A stretch of 64,000 nucleotides of DNA, taken from Promethearchaeota archaeon (GTDB lineage: Archaea; Asgardarchaeota; Lokiarchaeia; Sigyniarchaeales; SOKP01). Of this stretch, positions 19,679-29,820 are shown in pieces. The position numbers were made by a program, and so were the translations under genes. Numbering within the stretch: the first letter of the stretch is position 1; each line of letters opens with the position of its first letter. Where the stretch lies: positions 32,001 to 96,000 of the forward strand of contig SDNY01000001.1 in assembly GCA_004524535.1 (NCBI GenBank), read 5' to 3'. The notes beneath the pieces are model-generated. The model was not told the origin of the DNA. It saw nothing but the letters and a program-made list of their open reading frames with translations, and made no database searches.

Positions 19679-20716
19679 ATGAATGTAGCCATAGTTCGAG
19701 ATTGGATTTTTCAAATATTCAGATTTATCATAAAAAGCAAATTCTTAAATGAAAATCCTATAAAATACGATATTCTTCGGAAATTATTGTCCTACAGGAT
19801 TACTAAAACACCAATTTCAATAATGGTGGAACCTATATGCCAATGCAATTTGAAATGTCCATTATGTACGACGCCCCATAAATATATGACAAGAGAAAAA
19901 GGGATGATGAGAATGGAAACATTTCAAAAATTACTTGATGATACATACAGATTTGTGTTGCATTATGATTTTGATTTTGCAGGAGAGCCATTTCTTCATC
20001 CTCAACTTTTCAAAATGGTTCGACTCGCTTCGGATCGAGGGGTCTTCACAATTGTTGATTCAAATGGGACTCTAATTAATGATAGAAGAATTAATGAAAT
20101 ATTAGATTCGCGTCTAAATGTGCTTGCTGTAAACATTGATAATGCTAATCAAAGAACTTTCGAAGAATTTCGATTAGGAGCAGATTTCAATAAAACCATA
20201 GAACAGATTAAAAGATTATGTGAGAGAAAAAAAGAAGAGAAATTAACTTTTCCATTCATAATTGCAGAGATTATTGTTAGCCGAGAAAATGAAAGAGAAC
20301 TTCAAATTATTAATAATTTGGCCTTGAATGAGATTGGAGTTGATGCTGTGTTCTATAAAAGCATCTGCTTTCCACTACATTCAGATGGTTTTAGAAGAGA
20401 TAATCCCGTTCAAGAGTTGGTAGATAAATATCTTCCGATAATAGAAAAAGTAAAAAAACGTTATAATATTGTCAATGGGGAATTAAAACTCAAAAATCCA
20501 ACGTTTGAATGTAATTGGCGGAAAAAATCTCTAGTCTTATGGGATGGAAGAGTTTCAGTATGTTGTTACGATTATGATGGACAATATACTTTTGGAAACG
20601 TGAATGAAGACCACTTTCTTGATATTTGGAATTCCCCTAAATATCGATATTACCGAGAAAAACTAATTTATAATAAAAAGCTTGCACTATGTAGAAGGTG
20701 TGCTTATAGCTTTTAA
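19679..20716 (+). CDS. Radical SAM protein with SPASM/twitch domain
   Basis: CNLKCPLC, GEPFLH, C-terminal C...WDGRVSVCCYD...GN...WNS...CRRC. Confidence 0.9.
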   Translation: MNVAIVRDWIFQIFRFIIKSKFLNENPIKYDILRKLLSYRITKTPISIMVEPICQCNLKCPLCTTPHKYMTREKGMMRMETFQKLLDDTYRFVLHYDFDFAGEPFLHPQLFKMVRLASDRGVFTIVDSNGTLINDRRINEILDSRLNVLAVNIDNANQRTFEEFRLGADFNKTIEQIKRLCERKKEEKLTFPFIIAEIIVSRENERELQIINNLALNEIGVDAVFYKSICFPLHSDGFRRDNPVQELVDKYLPIIEKVKKRYNIVNGELKLKNPTFECNWRKKSLVLWDGRVSVCCYDYDGQYTFGNVNEDHFLDIWNSPKYRYYREKLIYNKKLALCRRCAYSF

Positions 20717-20728
20717 ATAGGCTCTCAA

Positions 20729-22594
20729 TTAAATTTCCCATGTTTTAAAAAAGTTTGATATTGTATCACATGATAATTTTTGTGTATTATCGAGTTTTAC
20801 TAATCCAAAACCTTTTTCTATATGGTCACTCCATTCATGAATAATCAAACCATTAACAAAAATATCTTTTTTCAACAATTTAAAAACTTCAGCGAATCCG
20901 TTCGCTTGTGCTGATTCATCATATTTAAAACTGTTAAAATCTTCATGATATTGCACTGGCATTGGCCCCACTCGAATCGTATTTGAGACCGTTTGAAATC
21001 CCAATTCGGAGATGATTACAGGTTTTTTAAAAGTCTTAAGATATTGAATGGTTTGTTTAAACGGTAAAGCTGCGCGGCTTGCGGGACTACCTTTTAATAC
21101 TTTAAGTATTAGCTTTGGGACATCTTGAATAAACTCTACAAATAAATCACTGAAATAAAGGTTGCAACAAATAACATCAAAATGCTTCCAAGGAACATGG
21201 CGAACTTCCCATGAGCCAGAAGCATATGAAACCATTCCACTAAAGTGATCCCTCACTTTTTTAGATAATTTTTCTAAATATCCTTTGATTCTATGTTCTT
21301 CTTTTCCAATTTTGCTCAATTTGGCAAGACGGGAGGTGCCTATGCCCGGAATCATTTCTAAAAATGATGGTGTAAATTGCCTAAAAAAGTCCTGATTAAA
21401 TCGTTCTATATGACCTGATTTATCATCACTCAATTCTAAAGTGAGTTCATTTCCAATGCAAAAGATATCGACATCCGCCGTTTGCGCTCTCTGTGAATGA
21501 TCCAAGCAAAAATCTTCGAATTCTTCAAATGTAAGTGAATGATCTAGCTTGGGTTTGTCAATTCCTTCAGGATAGACATATTTTGGATTTAATATGACAT
21601 TAAGACCGAGTTCTTTTGCTACAGACGCAAACTCATATGATTGGGTTTTTGGCCCCATAGCATCAAGTCTAATAGTGTTAATGTTCATTGTTTGGATTAA
21701 CTTTTGGAGTTCAGATTTAAATTCATATGGTGTTTTTGGATTCCACCCCAAAGATTCGTGCTGAAAATGTATTCCTTTAAAGAGCCCATAAATACCCGCA
21801 AACGCATTAATCCTTTTTAATCCCTTTTTAAATAAGATATCAAAAAATCCTGGGAGCATATGAAAAGGTCTGGCACTCCAACCCATTAATTCTAAAATAG
21901 TGATCTTTTTCTGCTTCATTGCTCCTAATACTTCATCAATATCATGAACATCGTCAATATCAGGACCAATTAAATTGAAATATCGACCGATTTGATAAAC
22001 GCTATGAGCATCATCTGCTCCTAAAACGAACATTTGTGGTCTCAGTTTTATAAGGGCAGAACACATATTGTTAAGGAAGGGGGGTAAGTCAGCATGAAAA
22101 ACTTCGATTCCATCAAAGTTTAAATTCTTTATTTGCGCTTTTTTCAATCCCCCGAAGGTTCTGAAAATTCCTTCTCCTGGGTGGAATGGGTGGGCAATAA
22201 CTGATACTCCACCTTGATCGTGAATAATCTCATTAATTTGTGTGATTGGGAGTTTTTCTCCCTCCTTGACTTTAATTTCAGATTGTAGTCCATATGCAAG
22301 TATATCACCATGTTGACTGTCAACTTCTTCACTAATTATATAGCCACACTCGGGATATTTCTCTTGAATATAAGATTTTGCATGATTCGCTACTCGAATA
22401 TTGTTATGATCCGTTAATGCTATAAGATTTACACCTACTTTAACAAGGGCATCAATTACATTGCGGTAGTCATCACCATCTGAAAAATTAGTATGATTAT
22501 GTGATGCAAAAACGATATATCCCTCGTTTTTAAAGTGTTCCAGCTCTTTTTTAGAAACCCTCTTAACTTCAGGTAATATATTTTCAGAATCCAA
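20729..22594 (-). CDS. PHP phosphoesterase domain fused to clan GH-A (GH113/GH5-like) TIM-barrel glycoside hydrolase
   Basis: N-terminal HNHT..SDG, TDHN, AHPF and DDAH motifs; C-terminal IGNEL (acid/base), VRDHFSGMVSYA and ISELG (nucleophile). Confidence 0.75.
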   Translation of the reverse strand: MDSENILPEVKRVSKKELEHFKNEGYIVFASHNHTNFSDGDDYRNVIDALVKVGVNLIALTDHNNIRVANHAKSYIQEKYPECGYIISEEVDSQHGDILAYGLQSEIKVKEGEKLPITQINEIIHDQGGVSVIAHPFHPGEGIFRTFGGLKKAQIKNLNFDGIEVFHADLPPFLNNMCSALIKLRPQMFVLGADDAHSVYQIGRYFNLIGPDIDDVHDIDEVLGAMKQKKITILELMGWSARPFHMLPGFFDILFKKGLKRINAFAGIYGLFKGIHFQHESLGWNPKTPYEFKSELQKLIQTMNINTIRLDAMGPKTQSYEFASVAKELGLNVILNPKYVYPEGIDKPKLDHSLTFEEFEDFCLDHSQRAQTADVDIFCIGNELTLELSDDKSGHIERFNQDFFRQFTPSFLEMIPGIGTSRLAKLSKIGKEEHRIKGYLEKLSKKVRDHFSGMVSYASGSWEVRHVPWKHFDVICCNLYFSDLFVEFIQDVPKLILKVLKGSPASRAALPFKQTIQYLKTFKKPVIISELGFQTVSNTIRVGPMPVQYHEDFNSFKYDESAQANGFAEVFKLLKKDIFVNGLIIHEWSDHIEKGFGLVKLDNTQKLSCDTISNFFKTWEI

Positions 22595-22805
22595 TTTTTA
22601 TCTAACCTTATATTGATTAAAATAGATCCATCTTTAGCTTGTATTTACACTAAACAAATTTATTTAGAGCTAATACATAGAAGCAAGATTTCTCATTAAA
22701 TTATTAGATTATATAATTAAAAGTGTGTTTTAAGTGATTCTTTTAATAAAACTTAATAAAAATGAAAATAGTTTAATTTATATCTTAAATACGGCTGCTA
22801 TAGTA

Positions 22806-23558
22806 ATGAAGATTGCTCTGACTTTTGATATTGAAAGAGATATTCCCAACGTTTTAGATATGTATATCGGAGCAAAAGTTGGATTGTTGAAAATACTAGA
22901 AATATTAGAAAAATTCACAATTAAAGGGACTTTTTTTTGTACTGGAAATGTAGTTGAGAAAATACCTGAGTATATAAAATTAATAGAGCGAAAAGGTCAT
23001 GAAATTGCATGTCATAGCTTTAACCATGAAAGATTAAACCATTTAAATTTTAAAAAGTGTCAAGAAATAATTTATCAGAATAAAAAGATAATTGAGAGTA
23101 TCTGTCAAAAATCAAAAATTGTTGGTTTTCGAGCCCCTCATTTAAAACCTCCAAAATTTCTATTCAAAGTATTAAATAATTTAGGATTCAAATATGATTC
23201 TTCAATTAAAACCCCAAAGAAATTGATTTATTTCCAAAAAGAAAAATATCAAATTCAAGAATTTCATCCTTCAAATCTGAACATTCTTTTTAGATTACCT
23301 ATGGGTTCTTCTTTTTTAAGAAAATGGACATATCGAAATGAATTAGTTGTATTATGTTTTCATCCATGGGAAGCAATAGATGTAAAATCTTTATTTTTTA
23401 ATAATAAAAACTTATTGGATATCATTAAAAATATTATTTTTAGACCAGATCGGGTAGGAAATACAGGAGATGTGTTTATTAGCAGAATTGAAAACTTTAT
23501 AGAGGAATCTCTATCCAAAGAAGCCGAATTTGTTAGTTTAAACCAATTATTAATGTAA
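22806..23558 (+). CDS. Polysaccharide deacetylase (NodB/CE4)
   Basis: TFDIE, GTFF, HEIACHSFNH, GFRAP, YDSS, FHPWE. ATG at 22806 preferred over the track's GTG at 22734 because the domain starts immediately after it. Confidence 0.88.
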   Translation: MKIALTFDIERDIPNVLDMYIGAKVGLLKILEILEKFTIKGTFFCTGNVVEKIPEYIKLIERKGHEIACHSFNHERLNHLNFKKCQEIIYQNKKIIESICQKSKIVGFRAPHLKPPKFLFKVLNNLGFKYDSSIKTPKKLIYFQKEKYQIQEFHPSNLNILFRLPMGSSFLRKWTYRNELVVLCFHPWEAIDVKSLFFNNKNLLDIIKNIIFRPDRVGNTGDVFISRIENFIEESLSKEAEFVSLNQLLM

Positions 23559-23586
23559 AGAGTTTGATTAATTAATTTTAATTTTT

Positions 23587-25047
23587 TTAATCAGTAAATC
23601 TCCCAAAACCAGACATTTTAAGATGTCTAAACTGCATAATCGCTGTCATTGCTTTTTTCGTATGTACAAGAAAATTTAGAGCAAGTTTTCGTTTGTATGG
23701 GCTTAGTAGCATGCTAGGAAGAAATCTTATATTTCTGAACGATATATGTTGCCTATATGCTTGTCTTATCAAACCTAGTATGATATTTCTCTGTGATTCC
23801 GTGTGAGTTAAATCCATAACTCTTATAGAATTTTCCCAGTATTTATTTTCATCAATAAGCCCTTGTCCAACTAAGTCATCCCACATTGGGATTCCAGGCC
23901 AAGCCTCAACAACATTCAGAAAGAAAAAATCCAATCCTGAATTCAAAGCAAATCTAATAGTGTTTTGACACTCGGATATTTTTTCAGATGGAGCACCTAC
24001 CATAAATAAACCAATAACAAAATCAATTTTTGCCTTTTTTGCTATTTGAATAGCTCTAAGTGATTGGTTAGGTGATATCTTTTTATTATAATAATCTAGA
24101 ATTCTTTGGTTAGCACTCTCGATTCCAAAACTAACAGATTTACAACCAGAAAATGCCATTTGTTCAAAAAATTCCCTTGAAACATTATCTACTCTCATTT
24201 CAGCATGCCAATTAACATCTAGATTTTCTTTTCTTAATAATCTACAAAATTTTAACACATTCTTAAGATTCAACGAGAAATTATCATCTACAAATGCTAT
24301 CTCCGAATAACCTTGTGAAGCTAAATAAGAGAATTCCTCAACCAAACGCTCAGGAGACTTGGATCGGTATCTATTGTTTGAGAATTTAGCAACAGCGCAA
24401 TACGCACAACCATAAGGACAGCCTCGGGTAAAAAAAGTTGTGGCAAGTTTTGAGTCCATCAATTCTATACCAGCTAAATTCTGATGATATTGTATTTTAA
24501 GAAGTGAACGATCTGGAAAAGGTAAATCATCTAAATTTTTATTTACTGGACAATTTTGATTATGTTTAATTTTACCATTAACCCGATAACTTATCCCCAA
24601 TATATCAGTAGGTTCATGCTTGGGTTCATTTTCAAGAAAATTAATTAAATTAGATAAAATATATTCATTTTCCCCTTTTACACAGTAATCTACAATGTGA
24701 GAATACTTTTCTAAAATTTTGTCAGCACATATTGTTGGATGATAATGTCCTAAAATAATTTTAATATTTGGATTCCATCTTTTAACCATCTCAGATATTT
24801 TAATTGAAGATAAAAATCCAACAGTAAAGGCAGTAATTCCAATAACTTCGGGATCAAATCTTTTTATCCAATTTAAAAGGGCTTCAAAACTGAACCCATT
24901 AGATGCCTGATCCAATAATCTAACTATATGGCCTTGTTCTTTTAAAATTGTCCCTATTAATGTAATCCCTAATGGTGGCCATTTTTGTCCATAAAATTGT
25001 TCTTTTTCCTCTAAAATTGGACTAGGATTGATTAGAGCTACTCTCAA
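23587..25047 (-). CDS. Cobalamin-dependent radical SAM enzyme (close paralog of 11230..12735)
   Basis: WPPLGI, GHYHPT, RGCPYGCAYC, DDNF, GIESANQRIL; C-terminus GFGRFTD resembles GFGTYDE. Confidence 0.92.
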   Translation of the reverse strand: MRVALINPSPILEEKEQFYGQKWPPLGITLIGTILKEQGHIVRLLDQASNGFSFEALLNWIKRFDPEVIGITAFTVGFLSSIKISEMVKRWNPNIKIILGHYHPTICADKILEKYSHIVDYCVKGENEYILSNLINFLENEPKHEPTDILGISYRVNGKIKHNQNCPVNKNLDDLPFPDRSLLKIQYHQNLAGIELMDSKLATTFFTRGCPYGCAYCAVAKFSNNRYRSKSPERLVEEFSYLASQGYSEIAFVDDNFSLNLKNVLKFCRLLRKENLDVNWHAEMRVDNVSREFFEQMAFSGCKSVSFGIESANQRILDYYNKKISPNQSLRAIQIAKKAKIDFVIGLFMVGAPSEKISECQNTIRFALNSGLDFFFLNVVEAWPGIPMWDDLVGQGLIDENKYWENSIRVMDLTHTESQRNIILGLIRQAYRQHISFRNIRFLPSMLLSPYKRKLALNFLVHTKKAMTAIMQFRHLKMSGFGRFTD

Positions 25048-25286
25048 GTTATTTAGTCTCTAGAATTAATTCTTTGTTAACATTGTATTTTAATATGATG
25101 TAAAGATATTAATAACTTTTTTTCCTTGATTTTAAATCATAATTAGAAATAAGTGATCAGATAATGAAAAAACTTTTAATATAAGTTCAATCAACAATAT
25201 ATATTGAATTATTTTAATAAATAATACAAAAATCCAATTATTAAGAAATCAAAAGGAGGAAGATTGAGTTAAGTGAATTATCATCA

Positions 25287-26183
25287 ATGATTAATAACGA
25301 AAAAGATAATATAAAATCTTTAATGATGCAAAAAAAGAAGGGGAAAGTTGTTAAACTTCTATTTAAACTTGCAGCAAATGTTAATGAAAACAATAAAATG
25401 GAATTCTACGATTTTTTCGGGGAATTGCTACATTATAATTGCGATTATTTTACGGATTATGCATATTATCCTGTGATCCCGAAACTTAAAAAATACTTCA
25501 TGGATAATCAATTATTAGAAATGGAGAAGTACCTAATAACTAAGTATGCCTTGAGTTCTAAAGAAAATATCTTAGCTGCCTCTAATGCTGTTGCACTTAT
25601 ACATGAGGACAAAGTCGTTGGACGTGTGTATTTAACTAATATGAGAATGATTGCTGTTGGTCCATTGATAGAGAAAAAGAAAAGTGCAATGTCAATGACT
25701 CATGGGATAATTTTTGCGGCTATTGCATCAGGTAGAGATGCAAGAAGGAAGCGTATTCGAGAAGCTTTACGGCAAAATATAGATGAGGAGGATATATTAT
25801 ATTTTGGTCATCAAATACCCATTAATGAAACAACTAGAATCAAAAATACTGGTGGTAAAATTGTATATGTAGCAAATCTTGAAATTGAGAAAAAGGGTAA
25901 GACGAGAATTAGAAGCTTCAAAATACAGGTTGTTCCAAAGCCAATGAAAAAAGAGCCCGGCAAAGTTTTTAAAAGTAGAAGATTGCAATTCTTAAACACA
26001 GTTGAAGAGACACTACATTATTTAGAAAAAGGTTTCCCTGCTCAAACTGGCGCACCTGTGAGTTCTTCTTCAACTATTACGCCTGATGCAAATAAAGGTT
26101 CATTTTGTCCATTTTGCGGTAAGGAAGTCAATAAAGATTTAAAAGTTTGTGAAAATTGTGGAAGTTCTATAGTAAAAGATTAA
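25287..26183 (+). CDS. Hypothetical protein with possible PH-like core and C-terminal zinc ribbon
   Basis: GRVYLTNMRMI resembles a bPH/GRAM strand; C-terminal CPFCG...CENCG. Confidence 0.65.
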   Translation: MINNEKDNIKSLMMQKKKGKVVKLLFKLAANVNENNKMEFYDFFGELLHYNCDYFTDYAYYPVIPKLKKYFMDNQLLEMEKYLITKYALSSKENILAASNAVALIHEDKVVGRVYLTNMRMIAVGPLIEKKKSAMSMTHGIIFAAIASGRDARRKRIREALRQNIDEEDILYFGHQIPINETTRIKNTGGKIVYVANLEIEKKGKTRIRSFKIQVVPKPMKKEPGKVFKSRRLQFLNTVEETLHYLEKGFPAQTGAPVSSSSTITPDANKGSFCPFCGKEVNKDLKVCENCGSSIVKD

Positions 26184-26247
26184 CCAATTTTCACAAAATA
26201 GAAAAAACCTTATATACTTTTTATAAAATCTTTTTTTTTTTTCATTT

Positions 26248-27696
26248 TCATTTTGAAATGATTTCACGTAAAAATGGATCGTATCCTATAGTATCTTTTC
26301 TGCTGATTGCTTTGTCAATTACTTTTCTAAAAATTTTAAAGAAAATATTTTCAAATCCCGCGCTAAAAACTTCCTTTTTCCATCTAAAATATGCAGGATG
26401 TCTAATCAATTTAAATATTGGCACGTTATTGGATTCAAAAACTTTCCTTCCAACGATTGCACTAGTAATTGAAATCATTTCAAGATAATTTTTATGTTTA
26501 ATATAGTCTGGAGCGCATTCTCTCCTAATTTTTGCCCAACTAAGAAGATTAGATGGGGGGGTAAATCCCATTTTTATAGCATGGTCGTAAACTGCTGTTT
26601 TAGGATAAGGAAAAAGAATCTTTATTGAAAATTCGCAATTAGGGCTAATTTCTTTAATTTTCTTGATGATAGCTATTGTTTTTCTTATATCATTTTTAGT
26701 TTCACCTGGTATACCAATCATCCAGCTATAATCGGCAATTATATCTAAATCCTGAGTAATTTTGGCGCTATTAATTATATCTTTTATAGAAATGTTTTTA
26801 TTCAAGATATTTAATACACGTTGAGAGCCTGATTCTGGTCCAAAATACATTTGACTACATCCATGTTCTCTTGCTTCTTTAGCTAATTTATAATTTACTT
26901 GATCAACACGCAAATCCGCTTTCCATTTAATATCATGCTCTTTAAAGTAATTAAAAAGTTCTTTTATTCGGTTTAAATTTGCAAAGAAATTATCGTCATA
27001 AAAAGTAAATTTCTCAGCACCAAAATCCAATATTTTATCAAATTCTTTAAAACACTTCTCAGAAGACCATCCTCTCCAAACATTATTAAAAAGAGCATTA
27101 TAGCAAAATGCACAGTTAAAAGGACAACCACGACTGGTAATTAGGTTGAAATTACCATTTTTTAAATATCGTATAGGATTTATTAAATGCCAAGGTACAC
27201 TCAATTCATTTACTTCAGAATTCTTTAAAATTGTATTGTCAGGATTATGAATAATTCTATTACCATTTTTTAGTGAAAGACCTTTTATTTGGGTTTTTTT
27301 TTTACCACTTACCAACTCATGATAAGATCTTTCACCTTCTCCTCGAATAACAAAATCTATTAAATTATTTCGCAGTGTTTGACCTGGAAGAATAGTCGAA
27401 TGAATGCCTCCCCATACTATTTTAATTTTAGGAAAGTCTTTCTTTATAGATTTACAAAATTTCAAAGCTTGAAAAATTTGTGGCCCTGTCATTACTGAAA
27501 CGCCAATGTATTCAGGTTCATTAATGGAAATAGTATCCTTTACTTGATTAAGTGAGTCAAATCGTAAATCGAAGATTTTTACATCTATATTTCGTTTAAT
27601 CAGATAATCAGTGATAAATAAAATAGAATAAGGAGGAGTAGGGATTTGAGTCTTAGCAAATTCAAGCTGTGGATAAATTAAAATTGTATGCTTCAT
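26248..27696 (-). CDS. Cobalamin-dependent radical SAM enzyme
   Basis: WGGIHST, RGEGE, TSRGCPFNCAFC, DDNF, ESGS, GIPGET. Confidence 0.92.
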   Translation of the reverse strand: MKHTILIYPQLEFAKTQIPTPPYSILFITDYLIKRNIDVKIFDLRFDSLNQVKDTISINEPEYIGVSVMTGPQIFQALKFCKSIKKDFPKIKIVWGGIHSTILPGQTLRNNLIDFVIRGEGERSYHELVSGKKKTQIKGLSLKNGNRIIHNPDNTILKNSEVNELSVPWHLINPIRYLKNGNFNLITSRGCPFNCAFCYNALFNNVWRGWSSEKCFKEFDKILDFGAEKFTFYDDNFFANLNRIKELFNYFKEHDIKWKADLRVDQVNYKLAKEAREHGCSQMYFGPESGSQRVLNILNKNISIKDIINSAKITQDLDIIADYSWMIGIPGETKNDIRKTIAIIKKIKEISPNCEFSIKILFPYPKTAVYDHAIKMGFTPPSNLLSWAKIRRECAPDYIKHKNYLEMISITSAIVGRKVFESNNVPIFKLIRHPAYFRWKKEVFSAGFENIFFKIFRKVIDKAISRKDTIGYDPFLREIISK

Positions 27697-27767
27697 ACTA
27701 ACTTTTTTAATTCAATTAAATTTCTTGACTATAAAAAAAAGATAAAAATAAAAGCAAAAAAAAGGAT

Positions 27768-28286
27768 TTATTCTATTTCAGCCCCACATGCACCGCAAAA
27801 TGTTTCTATCCCATCCAGTTTCACACCACAATTTGGGCAAAACTTTTTCTCCCCGTTTGTAGTTGGGGGTTTTTCCAATGGAGCGGATTCTACTGGTTCT
27901 ACTTCTATTTTTTGTGGTGGTGCAAATTGAGGTTCTGCACCATGCTTGATAGTAATCTCACTATAAATTATACTCCAAATTTTTAGTTCGGAGACCTTAA
28001 TTCCGTGAGTTGGACAATTCAGGCGAATTAATGTCCACGGTCCTGACACTCTTAAATTATGCACTGGTGCTTGTTGTCCACATTTTATACAACGGAAAAC
28101 ACCATCATGAAGAAGATGAGAAACAACATCTTTTCGCATTATAGGAATTTTAATTACTCTCCCTCCATGGGTTGGACATTTTTGTTTTATGATCATTTGA
28201 GTTCCTGCAAGTTTTACTAAATAAATAGAACCAAAACTACTACACTTTGGACACTTAAACAACATAGAATAATCTGGTTCAGCCAT
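27768..28286 (-). CDS. Multi-zinc-finger protein (two CxxC...CPTHG repeats plus C-terminal zinc ribbon)
   Basis: CPKC...CPTHG, CIKC...CPTHG, CPNCG...FCGACG. Confidence 0.8.
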   Translation of the reverse strand: MAEPDYSMLFKCPKCSSFGSIYLVKLAGTQMIIKQKCPTHGGRVIKIPIMRKDVVSHLLHDGVFRCIKCGQQAPVHNLRVSGPWTLIRLNCPTHGIKVSELKIWSIIYSEITIKHGAEPQFAPPQKIEVEPVESAPLEKPPTTNGEKKFCPNCGVKLDGIETFCGACGAEIE

Positions 28287-28405
28287 TAAAAATTCTCTCC
28301 ATATTTAATTTATTATAATAAAAAGTAATAGATAATATTCCTTTAAATTTTTTATCACATAATAAAAATAAAATGATATAATAATTGGTCAAAAGAAAAT
28401 TTGAA

Positions 28406-28534
28406 TTAATTAATTTCTTCCCCACAGACGCCACAGAATTTCTCGGACCCAACTAGACCTGTTCTACAACTTGGGCAAAATTTATATATATTGTTTTTAT
28501 TAGATTTGTTTAATTCTATTACCTTCCGATACAT
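28406..28534 (-). CDS. Small zinc-ribbon protein (42 aa) or 3' remnant of a longer gene
   Basis: Manual translation MYRKVIELNKSNKNNIYKFCPSCRTGLVGSEKFCGVCGEEIN*; below the ORF track cutoff. Confidence 0.6.
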   Translation of the reverse strand: MYRKVIELNKSNKNNIYKFCPSCRTGLVGSEKFCGVCGEEIN

Positions 28535-28738
28535 ATACGACCATAAGGAATATGGAAAGATTAAATCCGGGAATCCAAAAAGACGAAATAAATTTGGTCT
28601 TAGAGGTTATTGATAAATTTATCAATTGGGATTTGTTATGTAGTTAATTTTTTTCATATCTCTTTTTTAATTTCGTAATACAAGAACAAAATATTATAAA
28701 TAAGGAATAATTTATTAGATCCTTTTTTTATTACTTAA

Positions 28739-29038
28739 TTGAGGTTATATAATAATATGATGAAAACGGATGCTATAAACGATTCAACGGAAAAAGCAGT
28801 GAAAAGCTTCGATAATATAAAAAAAGCTCTAAAAGGTTTGATGGAAATTGCAAGAATAAGTGCTCCAACCGAAAACGACCTTTATTTTAAATTAACCTTA
28901 GATAATATTGTCGTTCTGTATGGTAATATTATAGATTTAATTACAAACGATAGCGGGATAAAACAACTAAAGAAAAAGTTGCATGATTTAGAAATAAGCA
29001 AAAAAACTCCCCTTAAGTTTTTAGAAAGCAACGATTGA
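28739..29038 (+). CDS. Hypothetical protein
   Basis: 99-aa helical-looking ORF filling an intergenic gap; start could be an internal ATG. Confidence 0.55.
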   Translation: MRLYNNMMKTDAINDSTEKAVKSFDNIKKALKGLMEIARISAPTENDLYFKLTLDNIVVLYGNIIDLITNDSGIKQLKKKLHDLEISKKTPLKFLESND

Positions 29039-29060
29039 AACGCATTTTAAAAATACTTAT

Positions 29061-29687
29061 TTATTTCAAAACTTTTTTAGTTTCCATATACCAAAGGTAC
29101 AAATCAAGTTCAGCCAAGTTAAACCCTAATCTTTCGGCTATATCTTTTAATAATTCCTCAATTTCCAAATATTTCTTTTTTGTCATTGTTTTTGGTTTTT
29201 CAATTAAACCATGTTTGACTAAGAGATCTATGATGTGAAAATCAACAATCGCATAGTTATCAAATCCAATATTTCTTAAAAAATGGCTTGCTTCCTTATA
29301 TCCTATTCCTTTTATATTACTAACAATCCATTCCCTCAGCATATTTCCGTTTTTATTAGACTTTATTCTTTTATTCAATTCTTCCTTATTACATCTCGCT
29401 TCAACGATGTATTTGGACCGTATATTAGGAAAACGATACCCAAGCTCTTTAAATTTATTCGTTAATTGATATTGTGAAAGATTTAAGAAATCATCTCCTA
29501 TATTTTCATGAATTTCGATACATTTTTCTGCACTGCAGTTTGCTGTCATGATACAAAAACAGAGTTCTGTGAATATTTTATCTGAAGCTTTGTCTTTGAT
29601 TTCTGAGAATTCGGCTATTCTTGTATTGACTAAATTATTTATTCCGCTTTTTTTCAGTTTTTCTAAAGAAGTCAATAACTCTTTCAT
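29061..29687 (-). CDS. ogg: 8-oxoguanine DNA glycosylase/AP lyase (archaeal Ogg, HhH-GPD)
   Basis: ELCFCIMTAN, GYRFPN, KGIGYKEASHFLRNIG, AIVDFHI, LDLYLWY, C-terminal VLK. Confidence 0.93.
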   Translation of the reverse strand: MKELLTSLEKLKKSGINNLVNTRIAEFSEIKDKASDKIFTELCFCIMTANCSAEKCIEIHENIGDDFLNLSQYQLTNKFKELGYRFPNIRSKYIVEARCNKEELNKRIKSNKNGNMLREWIVSNIKGIGYKEASHFLRNIGFDNYAIVDFHIIDLLVKHGLIEKPKTMTKKKYLEIEELLKDIAERLGFNLAELDLYLWYMETKKVLK

Positions 29688-29820
29688 TTTTTCTGGTAAT
29701 TAATCATAATTTAAAATAAAAACTGTTTAATCATATAAGTCAAGAAATATATTTTCACGAAATAAATTTAATTGATTATATTTTATTTTATAATATATTT
29801 ATTAAAAGGGATGAATTATA

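Noticed and set aside
1-27696. RiPP cluster explanation for the SPASM and B12 radical SAMs
   Set aside because: No convincing precursor peptide, peptidase or ABC exporter was found, and the neighbours are lipid and sugar enzymes. Not fully excluded because the island runs off the left edge.
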